Assembly (NCBI GenBank): GCA_964346985.1 | Contig: CAYFWW010000026.1 | Span: 690 to 64,689 of the forward strand | Source of the DNA: an uncultured Actinomycetota bacterium | GTDB taxonomy: Bacteria; Actinomycetota; Aquicultoria; CAYFWW01 | DNA: 64,000 nt | Direction: 5' to 3' | Shown here: in pieces, positions 38,356 to 46,755 of the stretch | Layout: every line of letters starts with the position of its first letter | Position numbering within the stretch: position 1 is the first letter of the stretch | The notes under the pieces: generated by a model | Told to the model about the DNA's origin: nothing | Seen by the model: only the letters and a program-made list of their open reading frames with translations | Databases searched by the model: none | Program-made: the position numbers and the translations under genes

Positions 38356-38982
38356 ATGTATTACGATATAACATTGACCATTAACGAAAGGATGCCTGTC
38401 TATCCAGGCGATGATGGCTATAGTCGACACCGCCTTAAGGATATGAGCAATGGTGATGAATTAAATCTTTCAGTTATTAAAATGGGTGCTCATACAGGCA
38501 CGCATATTGATGCACCGTTTCATTTTTTGAATGATGGAATTAGCGTTGATAAACTAGACCTCGATTCTCTTATCGGCCCTGTTAAGGTTATTAAGGTCCA
38601 GGCGATTAAAGAGATCATGCTGAAAGATATAATCCACCCTTTATCTAATTTTCCTAAAAGAGTTATTTTTAAAACTGTTAACTCTAAACTATGGAATAAG
38701 CCTTTTTTTGAAAAGGAATTTGTACATCTCTCTCAAGAAGTTACAGAATATCTTATCTCGGAAGAGGTAAGATTGGTTGGGATCGATTATCTATCTATTG
38801 AAAAGTTTCACTCGCCAGACCATATTGTTCACAAGAAATTACTGGACAACAATATAATTATTTTAGAAGGTCTGGATTTGAGAAAAGTTAAACCAGGTGA
38901 TTATGAATTGATTTGCTTACCTTTGAAATTTGAGGGTAGTGATGGTTCCCCGGCCAGGGTTATATTAAGAGATTTACAATAG
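38356..38982 (+). CDS. cyclase-family protein (kynurenine formamidase-like)
   Basis: HTGTHIDAPFHF motif, 208 aa. Confidence 0.8.
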   Translation: MYYDITLTINERMPVYPGDDGYSRHRLKDMSNGDELNLSVIKMGAHTGTHIDAPFHFLNDGISVDKLDLDSLIGPVKVIKVQAIKEIMLKDIIHPLSNFPKRVIFKTVNSKLWNKPFFEKEFVHLSQEVTEYLISEEVRLVGIDYLSIEKFHSPDHIVHKKLLDNNIIILEGLDLRKVKPGDYELICLPLKFEGSDGSPARVILRDLQ

Positions 38983-39003
38983 TGTATAAGTGATTTTTTA
39001 AGT

Positions 39004-40182
39004 TTATTCTGAAAAAAGTTCGATTAATTTATCTGCTTCTTTATTAATATTGAAATCCTCCATAACTTTTTTTCTACCTGCAAGGCCTATTTTATGCCGC
39101 TCTTCAGGCTCCATATTTATGAATTGTTCTATCTCCCAAGCAAGTCTGCGATAATCCTTAGGTCTGATTAAGGTACCGCTTTCCTCGGTGACTAGCTCAG
39201 GTATTCCTACTATATCAGAGGAAATAACAGGTAGCTCCAAGGACATAGCTTCCATTAATACAACCGGAATTGAATCCCTATCCCCTTGCTTGGTGATTAT
39301 ACTTGGCAAGATAAATAGATGAGCTTGATTTAAAAATTCTCTAACTTCATCTTTTGTTTTTTCTCCGACAAAATCGACCTCAAGGGGTATTTCAAATTCC
39401 TTGCGTAATTTTTTAAGAATCTTTAACTGAGGGCCTTTCCCGATGATATTACATTGAAATTTTAATCCTCTATCTTTGACTAATGATAATGCAGCCAGAA
39501 GATAGCGGAAGCCTTTCTTAGAAATAAACTGGCCCACCGAAACTATAGTAAAAATCTCACTTTTTTCGGTTTTTTTCGATTTAAAGAATTCAGGTTCAAT
39601 TCCTGCATGGACTATCTTAATCTTTTTCTGAAATTTTTTGCCGCATACTTCATTTATAAACTCACGATTATATTTACTCACTGTAATGATGAATTTTGAC
39701 TTGGCGACTTTCTCGCACAAGCCCTTTTGGTTAATGAAAATATCAAATGCATGAGCTGTAAAGCTGAAAGGTCTTTTGCTGAGGGCTGAAACAAGAGCGG
39801 TAATAGTTGTCGGATAATCGGCAAAGTGAGCATGAAGATGAGAAATTCTATTCTTTCTAACGAGCCTGGCAATAGCTGCTGCTTTTAGAAAATTTTTGAT
39901 GCTTAATTTTCCAACGTACTTGAAATAGTTTTTTAGAAAACTTATAGGATGAAAAATAAAGAATAAAAAACTTCCAGCAATATTTTTCCAATTTTTGTCA
40001 AAGAAGTAAGCTTCCTTTTCCAAATCTTCAACACCGGGATGTCTAATCTTATCAGTTGGAGTTGCCAGTGAGAAAATCATTAAATCCAGGCCTTTATCTT
40101 TCAAGCTTTTAATTTCATCCTGAATAAAAGTTTCTGAAATTTTTGGAAACATTCTCAAAATATAACCGACTTTTTTCATCAA
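39004..40182 (-). CDS. glycosyltransferase family 4 (GT-B)
   Basis: C-terminal domain with PSIITKQGDRDSIPVVLMEAMSLELPVISSDIVGIPELV (the E-x7-E region). Confidence 0.8.
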   Translation of the reverse strand: MMKKVGYILRMFPKISETFIQDEIKSLKDKGLDLMIFSLATPTDKIRHPGVEDLEKEAYFFDKNWKNIAGSFLFFIFHPISFLKNYFKYVGKLSIKNFLKAAAIARLVRKNRISHLHAHFADYPTTITALVSALSKRPFSFTAHAFDIFINQKGLCEKVAKSKFIITVSKYNREFINEVCGKKFQKKIKIVHAGIEPEFFKSKKTEKSEIFTIVSVGQFISKKGFRYLLAALSLVKDRGLKFQCNIIGKGPQLKILKKLRKEFEIPLEVDFVGEKTKDEVREFLNQAHLFILPSIITKQGDRDSIPVVLMEAMSLELPVISSDIVGIPELVTEESGTLIRPKDYRRLAWEIEQFINMEPEERHKIGLAGRKKVMEDFNINKEADKLIELFSE

Positions 40183-40369
40183 GCACTCTTCCTTTATATT
40201 TCAATTTGAAAGTGATGATATTAGAGTTTATAGGTTTTACATTGATTAAATCAAATGAAATTTATTTTTATTTATAAGTAATCATGATTTTATTATTTTA
40301 TTTATAATCTTGATTTTGAGAATACCATTCTTTTAATAAATAATATATATTTTGTTAAACTATTATATT

Positions 40370-40792
40370 ATGAAATTTAAAAAATCATGCGGTCTTATTA
40401 TCTTTAAAAATTCAAATAATAGGGAATATCTTATCTTGCTTTATCCTGGTGGGCATTGGGACTTTGTCAAGGGCAATGTGGAAGAAGGGGAAGATGAGCT
40501 TGAGACAGCTTTCAGGGAAACAAAAGAAGAGACTGACCTGGAAAAAATTGAATTTATCAAAGGATTTAAAGAAACAATTTCTTATTTTTACAGGAACAGA
40601 AAAGATTTAATTAAAAAAGATGTCATCTTCTTTTTAGGAGAGGCAAAAGAAAGCAATGTCAAGCTATCTCCTGAGCATAAAGGATTTGCTTGGTTGCCCT
40701 ATAATAAAGCTATAAAAAGATTAACATTCAAGAATACAAAAAAAATTTTGGCTAAAGCTGAATTATTCATAATAGAAGAATTCTTACTCTAG
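40370..40792 (+). CDS. NUDIX hydrolase
   Basis: Nudix box GNVEEGEDELETAFRETKEETDL. Confidence 0.85.
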   Translation: MKFKKSCGLIIFKNSNNREYLILLYPGGHWDFVKGNVEEGEDELETAFRETKEETDLEKIEFIKGFKETISYFYRNRKDLIKKDVIFFLGEAKESNVKLSPEHKGFAWLPYNKAIKRLTFKNTKKILAKAELFIIEEFLL

Positions 40793-41545
40793 CTTTCTTT
40801 GAATTAGAGGGATCGAAAGCAAAGAAGCCAGTTCTTTGGCATTTTCAACAGCATAGCCAAAGGCATCATTGTTAAAATAGATGTAAAAATCAACCCCATT
40901 ATTTGACTCTTTGTCTATATAATTTTTCCAGTTTGATAATTCTTCCGGGCTGTACTTTGAACCATAGAGTTTTCGGCCTCCATGAAATCTAATATATGAA
41001 TATCTGGCCGTGGTAATTCTTTTAACTGGGAAACGAGATGAATCAGCAATAACCAAAGCGGCGTTGTATTTTTCAAGCATTTTATATACTGCTGTTCTAA
41101 ACCAGCTTTCATGACGGAATTCAAAAGCAACCTTTTGGTATGATGGCAATATCTTTAAGAGATTATCAAGCTTTTTTAAATTTTGATGTAAGTTTGGAGG
41201 AAATTGAAATAAGATAGGGCCCGTTTTTTCTTTAAGGTGTTTAAAATTCTCAAGGAATGTATTTAAAGGTTCTTCAATGTCTTTTAATTTTTTTAAATGA
41301 GTGATAAAGCGAGAAGCTTTTATGGCAAAGATAAAATAATCTGGGACTGATTTATACCAGTTTTTAATATTACTTATACTTGGTAATCGGTAGAAGGAAT
41401 AGTTGATTTCAACTGTTGAGAAATTATCGGCAAAATAATTCAGCCATTCTTTTTGACTGATATTATTTGGGTAAAATATATCTTTCCAGTGTTTATAATT
41501 CCAACCTGAAGTTCCTATTAAGATAGAAGCCATAATATTAAGCAC
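40784..41545 (-). CDS. DUF72 (UPF0759) family protein
   Basis: IGTSGWNYKHWKDIFYP N-terminus and 253 aa. Confidence 0.8.
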   Translation of the reverse strand: MLNIMASILIGTSGWNYKHWKDIFYPNNISQKEWLNYFADNFSTVEINYSFYRLPSISNIKNWYKSVPDYFIFAIKASRFITHLKKLKDIEEPLNTFLENFKHLKEKTGPILFQFPPNLHQNLKKLDNLLKILPSYQKVAFEFRHESWFRTAVYKMLEKYNAALVIADSSRFPVKRITTARYSYIRFHGGRKLYGSKYSPEELSNWKNYIDKESNNGVDFYIYFNNDAFGYAVENAKELASLLSIPLIQRKLE

Positions 41546-41636
41546 CCATGATAATTTTAGCTTTAAACAAGAAAATTTGCCTACATTTTAATTTTTAGCT
41601 TAAAATGCAAGTATATATTCTTTTTAAGATCTAAAT

Positions 41637-42056
41637 ATGATATATAAAAACATAAAAATAATTATATTTATATCTATTTTGGTTCTAGCTGCAATTTTTT
41701 CTTTTTCTTGTGCAGGCGGAGGCTCGGAAACTGATTCAAAAGGTGCTCATGATAGGTATCTGGATGCTCCACCCAAGAAAGGAATACCGACCGTTATAGA
41801 GTTTTACGCTGATTGGTGAGAAACTTGCCGCAAGATGATACCTGTCGTGAACAGTGCGATAGAAAAATATGAGAATGAAGTCCATTTTCGAATAGTTGAT
41901 ATAGATAACTCAAAAAACAAAGCTGAGATGGATCAATATCAAGTTTCAGTCATACCTTATTTTATATTTATTGATAAAGACGGAGAGATAATTGATAAAA
42001 GAATCGGGTATATAGCACAGCAAGAATTTTTTAAATTAATTGATCAGATAAAGTAA
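41637..42056 (+). CDS. thioredoxin-fold lipoprotein, selenocysteine-containing (UxxC; Sec codon TGA 41817-41819)
   Basis: Track ORFs 41637-41819 and 41835-42056 are in the same frame. The TGA sits exactly at the first Cys position of the redox motif FYADW-U-ETC. Lipobox FSFSC. cis-Pro IPYF. Confidence 0.8.
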
Positions 42057-42186
42057 TCTTCGAATAGCAACCACTCTTAAATTTGATTTAAAGGCTTTAT
42101 TTTGCTGCTTACATATATTGAGGCGGAATAAATTCAGAAGGATGAAAATTATATAAATAAAGAATTATTTGGAGGTGAGAATAACA

Positions 42187-42438
42187 TTGGGAAAAGATGT
42201 TTTAATCTATACAACTCCATCATGACCTTACTGTCATATGGCCAAGGAATGGTTTCAGCAAAACAATGTTGAATATCAGGAAAAAGATGTCTCTGTCGAT
42301 GAGGAAGCCAGAGACGAGCTAATCCGGGAAAGCAATCAAATGGGTGTACCTGTAATTAAGGTAGACTCTGAAATAGTTGTCGGATTTGACAAAAATAGAT
42401 TGGCATCGCTTTTAGAAGTAGGGTCTGAGCAATATTAA
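42187..42438 (+). CDS. glutaredoxin, selenocysteine-containing (UPYC; Sec codon TGA 42223-42225)
   Basis: GGAGGTG RBS (42171-42177) and TTG 42187. Reading through the TGA gives MGKDVLIYTTPS-U-PYC-HMAKEWF..., a canonical Grx CPYC context. VPVIKVD and VGFD motifs lie downstream. Confidence 0.8.
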
Positions 42439-42477
42439 TCGATTCAATATTAAACGCTAAGAGAAGATATTAATAAG

Positions 42478-43095
42478 ATGAAATTAGTTATCAGCGAGGG
42501 TACTGCTTTTTATATCGGAAATGAGTATGCTGATATCATTCCCGGTAAAGAAAACGGCTTATACTATAAGGATACCAGGTATGTCAGCAAATATATATTA
42601 AAACTAAAAAATAAAAAGCCTGATTTATTAAGCGCAAAACAGATTGATTATTATTCATCATTACATTATCTGACAAACTCAGGTAAAGGTTTACCAAAAG
42701 ATTCAATTGGAATTGTAAGAAGCAGGTATGTTGGAAAAGGTCTTCATGAGGATATTGATATTACTTCCTATAGTGACAATAAACTTGAATTAGATCTTTC
42801 TCTGGAAATTGACTGTGATTTTGCAGATATATTTGAAGTCAAAAGTGAAGAGATTTTTAAAAAAGGTAGTATTGAAAAGAATTCTTCTGAAGAAGAAAGA
42901 AAGATTGAATATGTTTATAAGAGGGGAAACTTCCTTCGAAAAACCAGTATAGAATTTGTTACCAGCCAGCCTATTCAAATTAGGAATAATATAGTATCTT
43001 TTCATTTTTCAATTGAGCCTAAGCAAAGTTGGCATCTATGTATTATTTTTACATTAGGTACAGAAGAAGGAACCGAACCCACAAAATATACCTGA
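42478..43095 (+). CDS. amylo-alpha-1,6-glucosidase family, N-terminal (GDE_N-like) segment ending at an in-frame TGA
   Basis: Same frame as 43108-44577. Only TGA plus 4 codons separate them. No RBS before the ATG at 43108. Confidence 0.6.
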   Translation: MKLVISEGTAFYIGNEYADIIPGKENGLYYKDTRYVSKYILKLKNKKPDLLSAKQIDYYSSLHYLTNSGKGLPKDSIGIVRSRYVGKGLHEDIDITSYSDNKLELDLSLEIDCDFADIFEVKSEEIFKKGSIEKNSSEEERKIEYVYKRGNFLRKTSIEFVTSQPIQIRNNIVSFHFSIEPKQSWHLCIIFTLGTEEGTEPTKYT

Positions 43096-43107
43096 TATAA
43101 CTTCAAT

Positions 43108-44577
43108 ATGGGATCTGGTTTGGATTCTAAAGAGATTGAAGAATGGAAAGATAATACGCCTAAAATTAAGAGTGATTTTGATTATTTTGATCATTCTTAT
43201 AATCAATCAATTAAAGATATAGCAGCTCTTAGAATATATGGTTTGGAATTATCGAAGGAGAAAACTATTCCTGCAGCTGGAATCCCTTGGTTTGTTACTA
43301 TATTTGGAAGAGATAGCTTGATAACTGCTTTTCAAACATTAATTCTGGGGACAGAATTATGCCGGGGGGTCCTGGAAACATTAGCTGCTTATCAGGGAAA
43401 AAAAATTGATAACTACCGTGAGGAAGAGCCTGGTAAGATACTTCATGAGATGCGATTTGGCGAGTTAGCAATTTTGCAGGAGATTCCACATACTCCATAT
43501 TATGGAACTATTGATGCCACACCATTGTTTATAATTCTTTTAGGTGAATATTTTGATTGGACCGGAGATTTAAATTTTATTGAAAAGTTGTTAGAGACAG
43601 CAGAGAAGGCACTTAATTGGATGGATAATTATGGAGATATGGATGGAGACGGCTACCTAGAATATCAAAGGAAGACAGATAAAGGCTTAATTAATCAAGG
43701 CTGGAAAGATTCAGGAAACGCTTTGGTGTACGCGGACGGCAAATTAGCTGAACCTCCTATTGCTCTGTGTGAAGTTCAGGGCTATGTTTATCTGGCTAAG
43801 AAAAAATTAGCTCGAATCTACGACAGTTTGAACCGGTCAGAAGAGGCCAAAAAACTAAGGGATGAAGCTGAAAAATTAAAGCTAAGGTTTAACCATGATT
43901 TTTTCCTTGAAGATGAGCAATTCTTTGCTATGGCCTTAGATGGGAATAAGAAAAGAGTTGACGCAATCACTTCAAATGCCGGCCAGTTATTATTTTCTGG
44001 CATAGTTACAGAAAAAAAAGCTGAAAAAATCAAGGATAGATTATTTAAGGAAGATATATATTCCGGTTGGGGCATAAGGACAATGAGTATGTTAAATAAG
44101 GGGTATAATCCAATCAGTTATCATAACGGTTCAGTCTGGCCTCATGATAATTCAATCATCGCCGCTGGCTTAAGGTTATATGGGTTTTATCATGAAGCAG
44201 CTGAGATTTGCCAAAATATGCTTGAAGCATCCTCTTTTTTTAATAATTTTCGCCTACCTGAATTATTCTGTGGATTTGAGAAAGGCAATTATGTTTTCCC
44301 TGTCGAATATCCAACAAGTTCAAGCCCTCAGGCTTGGGCTTCAGGTTCGATCTCTCTTTTTTTAACTACTATACTGGGTTTAAAACCCAGGCTTTCAGAG
44401 AATAAGGTTTTCCTCAAACCGTATTTGCCGGCAAATATGAAAAACCTGTTTTTAAGAAATTTAAAAATAGGGCCAAATATTTTGGATATAGAAACCTCCA
44501 GGATAGGGGAAGAGACTGATATAAGTGTTGATGTGGTAAGTGGTGATGTTGAAGTCATTGCTGAACCTGGAAGTTAG
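43108..44577 (+). CDS. amylo-alpha-1,6-glucosidase / glycogen debranching (alpha/alpha)6-barrel catalytic segment
   Basis: WFVTIFGRDSLITA, GKILHEMRFGE, YYGTIDATPLF, NQGWKDS, HNGSVWPHDN. The joined 42478-44577 product would be 699 aa. Confidence 0.75.
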   Translation: MGSGLDSKEIEEWKDNTPKIKSDFDYFDHSYNQSIKDIAALRIYGLELSKEKTIPAAGIPWFVTIFGRDSLITAFQTLILGTELCRGVLETLAAYQGKKIDNYREEEPGKILHEMRFGELAILQEIPHTPYYGTIDATPLFIILLGEYFDWTGDLNFIEKLLETAEKALNWMDNYGDMDGDGYLEYQRKTDKGLINQGWKDSGNALVYADGKLAEPPIALCEVQGYVYLAKKKLARIYDSLNRSEEAKKLRDEAEKLKLRFNHDFFLEDEQFFAMALDGNKKRVDAITSNAGQLLFSGIVTEKKAEKIKDRLFKEDIYSGWGIRTMSMLNKGYNPISYHNGSVWPHDNSIIAAGLRLYGFYHEAAEICQNMLEASSFFNNFRLPELFCGFEKGNYVFPVEYPTSSSPQAWASGSISLFLTTILGLKPRLSENKVFLKPYLPANMKNLFLRNLKIGPNILDIETSRIGEETDISVDVVSGDVEVIAEPGS

Positions 44578-44680
44578 TATTTTACAATAGTTGAGATATT
44601 TGCAGATTGATCTAAGCAGTTTATTAGGGAAAATTGACATATTCAACTTCTTCTCTAAAATTGAGTATTGGTGATTTTTC

Positions 44681-44962
44681 ATGGTGAAAAATAAAAAACT
44701 GAAAATATTTATAGCCAATGATTCGCCGGAAAGTATATTGGCCTTGGATATAGCCTCAAAATTAAATACTTACTTTCCGGAGATGGAGCTTGAAGTAATA
44801 AATATAAGTAATGATTCCCGGCATGAGATCAAAGAATCATCTCTTGTTCCTTTATTTTTATTAGATGGTCAAGTTATCCACGCCGGATATCCTGGAGAAG
44901 AAATCTACAATAAAATTATTCAGCTATCTTTAAATCAATATTTACAGAAACATCTTAATTAG
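44681..44962 (+). CDS. hypothetical small protein, thioredoxin/glutaredoxin-like pattern but without any Cys
   Basis: 93 aa. KIFIANDSPES occupies the place of a CxxC motif, and LVPLFLLDGQVI resembles the cis-Pro strand. Weak assignment. Confidence 0.35.
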   Translation: MVKNKKLKIFIANDSPESILALDIASKLNTYFPEMELEVINISNDSRHEIKESSLVPLFLLDGQVIHAGYPGEEIYNKIIQLSLNQYLQKHLN

Positions 44963-45039
44963 CGTAAAAATTTGAACAAAGTTATATTTAGGCCAAATTA
45001 TACAATCTTTCACTAATATTCAGTTTTTGCTGTATAATG

Positions 45040-45056
45040 TATTACATAATGTAGTA
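45040..45056 (+). promoter_or_regulatory. TACTAY-N5-GTAGTA palindromic operator, copy 1 (TATTAC ATAAT GTAGTA)
   Basis: Immediately downstream of TATAAT (45033-45038) and 15 nt before the ATG at 45071. One of five related 17-mers in intergenic DNA. Confidence 0.55.
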
Positions 45057-45070
45057 TTTTAATTGAAAGG

Positions 45071-46222
45071 ATGGAAAGTTCAGCTTTGGAAAGATTTAAA
45101 TTTGAGTTAATTCCTAGAATTTCAATAACTCTTGTTCTGGCCTTATTGATTATTTTCTCAATTTTATCGTCGATTGATGCTCAAGAAAATACTTCTACTG
45201 CTACTTCACAAGCACCTTCAACTGATTCAGGTATATATATTGAGAAATATGAGATTGATGTTAGAACTCAGAATGGCAGTTATATTTTTTCTGAGGTTGT
45301 TGATTTAATTAATAATTCAGGAAAAGAATCTTCTGATGGTATCGAATTCAAGCTTCCTGAAGGAGCCCAAAATATTCAACCGATGTCAAATCTAACTCAA
45401 AAGGATATTGAGGTAAGCGGCCAGACCCTAAGAATTAAAGTACCTTTTAAAACGGGAACAACTAACTTTTCATACAGTTATATAGTCCAGTCAGACAAAG
45501 TTTCATTTGAAAGGACAGTCCCATTTGAAATTCGTAATATGGATATATTTGTGGTTGACAGCATATCAGCACAAATTTCACCTTTACAATTTGAGGAAGC
45601 CAAAACTTTTGAAAACATTAATTATAATATTTATGGGCAACACGGACCTCCTATAGCTAAAAATACCAAAGTCAAAATTCAACTTTCTCCTCAAAGCGGC
45701 GGAATTTTAGGAGTGGGAGGATTCAAGTTAGAAAAAGTTCTACCTTACTTGATTGGTTTTTTGTTTTTTGGCGGTGTCGCCCTGTTATTAATTACCAGAA
45801 GAAGAAGATCCGATTATTATGAAGATTATGAGGATGACAACTTTGACCAGGAATACCTAGATGAAGATGACTATATGGATGATGAATACGATGAAGAATT
45901 AGAAGATGAGGATGACGACTTTGACCAGGAATACATAGATGAAGATGATTATATGGATGATGAATACGATGAAGAATTAGAAGATGAGGAAGACGATTCT
46001 GACGATGAGTATAAAGATGAAGAAGATTATATGGAAGATGAATATGAAGAAGAAGAATTAGAAGAAGCTGAGAAGGATTCAGTAGATGATCGGTTTGAAA
46101 ACGAAGAAGATGTCTATTATGAGCTTATTGATTATCTTAGTGAACTACATGATATAGGCTCAATAGATCGGAAAATTTACGAGCGCATAAGGAGAAATCT
46201 TTCAAAACTGGCTGAAGATTAA
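45071..46222 (+). CDS. bitopic membrane protein with ectodomain and poly-acidic D/E/Y repeat cytoplasmic tail
   Basis: Signal/TM helix, about 190-aa ectodomain, TM helix followed by RRRR, then 3 x 26-aa repeats (EDDxFDQEYxDEDDYMDDEYDEELED). Confidence 0.65.
   Translation: MESSALERFKFELIPRISITLVLALLIIFSILSSIDAQENTSTATSQAPSTDSGIYIEKYEIDVRTQNGSYIFSEVVDLINNSGKESSDGIEFKLPEGAQNIQPMSNLTQKDIEVSGQTLRIKVPFKTGTTNFSYSYIVQSDKVSFERTVPFEIRNMDIFVVDSISAQISPLQFEEAKTFENINYNIYGQHGPPIAKNTKVKIQLSPQSGGILGVGGFKLEKVLPYLIGFLFFGGVALLLITRRRRSDYYEDYEDDNFDQEYLDEDDYMDDEYDEELEDEDDDFDQEYIDEDDYMDDEYDEELEDEEDDSDDEYKDEEDYMEDEYEEEELEEAEKDSVDDRFENEEDVYYELIDYLSELHDIGSIDRKIYERIRRNLSKLAED
45830..46063 (+). repeat. three tandem 78-bp coding repeats
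   Basis: Units start at 45830, 45908 and 45986. Units 1 and 2 are nearly identical; unit 3 is diverged. Confidence 0.85.
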
Positions 46223-46275
46223 AAAAAATAAATGTTTTTTTAAATTTAATTTAAAGGCGAAAAACCATTTACCGA

Positions 46276-46292
46276 TACTACTATGTGTAGTA
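46276..46292 (+). promoter_or_regulatory. TACTAY-N5-GTAGTA operator, copy 2 (TACTAC TATGT GTAGTA)
   Basis: Perfect 6-bp arms. Overlaps a TATAAT at 46291-46296, just upstream of the blaI-like gene. Confidence 0.6.
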
Positions 46293-46302
46293 TAATTAAA
46301 TA

Positions 46303-46755
46303 TTGAAATTTTTTTCAGAGTGGAGGGTGAATGAAATAGTAGATTTTTCTGAAACAAGCAAGATTAAAAAGGGTATAAAAAACTTTCTCGGAGATCTTGA
46401 AGCTGAGGTCATGGATGTGATATGGGATCTTGAAAGTTGCTCAGTTCGTGATGTTCATGAGCATTTATGCCAGAAGAAAGAGATTGCTTATACCACAGTT
46501 ATGACAATTATGGCTCGATTAGCCGATAAGAAAATCTTGAAAAAGAAAATGGTTAAGAAGGCTTATTACTATCAACCTAAATATGACCGCGAAAAGTTTG
46601 TGGAAGTTTGTTTAGGGGGCATAATTGAAGGCGTAGCTGGAAAATATACCCAGCCTGTCTTGACTTGCTTTGTCGATAAAATAGCTGAATTAGATCCGGA
46701 CTCTCTGGAAGAGTTGGAAAGACTTATCGACAAGAAAAAATCAGATAATAAATAA
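46303..46755 (+). CDS. BlaI/MecI/CopY-family transcriptional repressor
   Basis: LGDLEAEVMDVIWD ... VRDVHEHL ... AYTTVMTIMARLADKKIL wHTH pattern. No C-terminal Cys hook. Exact start uncertain (TTG 46303 or GTG 46327). Confidence 0.8.
   Translation: MKFFSEWRVNEIVDFSETSKIKKGIKNFLGDLEAEVMDVIWDLESCSVRDVHEHLCQKKEIAYTTVMTIMARLADKKILKKKMVKKAYYYQPKYDREKFVEVCLGGIIEGVAGKYTQPVLTCFVDKIAELDPDSLEELERLIDKKKSDNK

Noticed and set aside
41824-41834. CTTG-CCG-CAAG mini-hairpin right after the Sec codon of the thioredoxin-like gene as its SECIS
   Set aside because: The stem is only 4 bp with a 3-nt loop. The loop starts only 11 nt after the first base of the UGA, closer than the spacing usually described for bacterial SECIS elements. 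The hairpin at 41842-41854 is a somewhat better candidate, though still weak.
45830-46063. Tandem repeats considered as a CRISPR array or minisatellite
   Set aside because: The repeats are contiguous with no spacers. They are in frame inside a CDS and encode a 26-aa acidic protein repeat.
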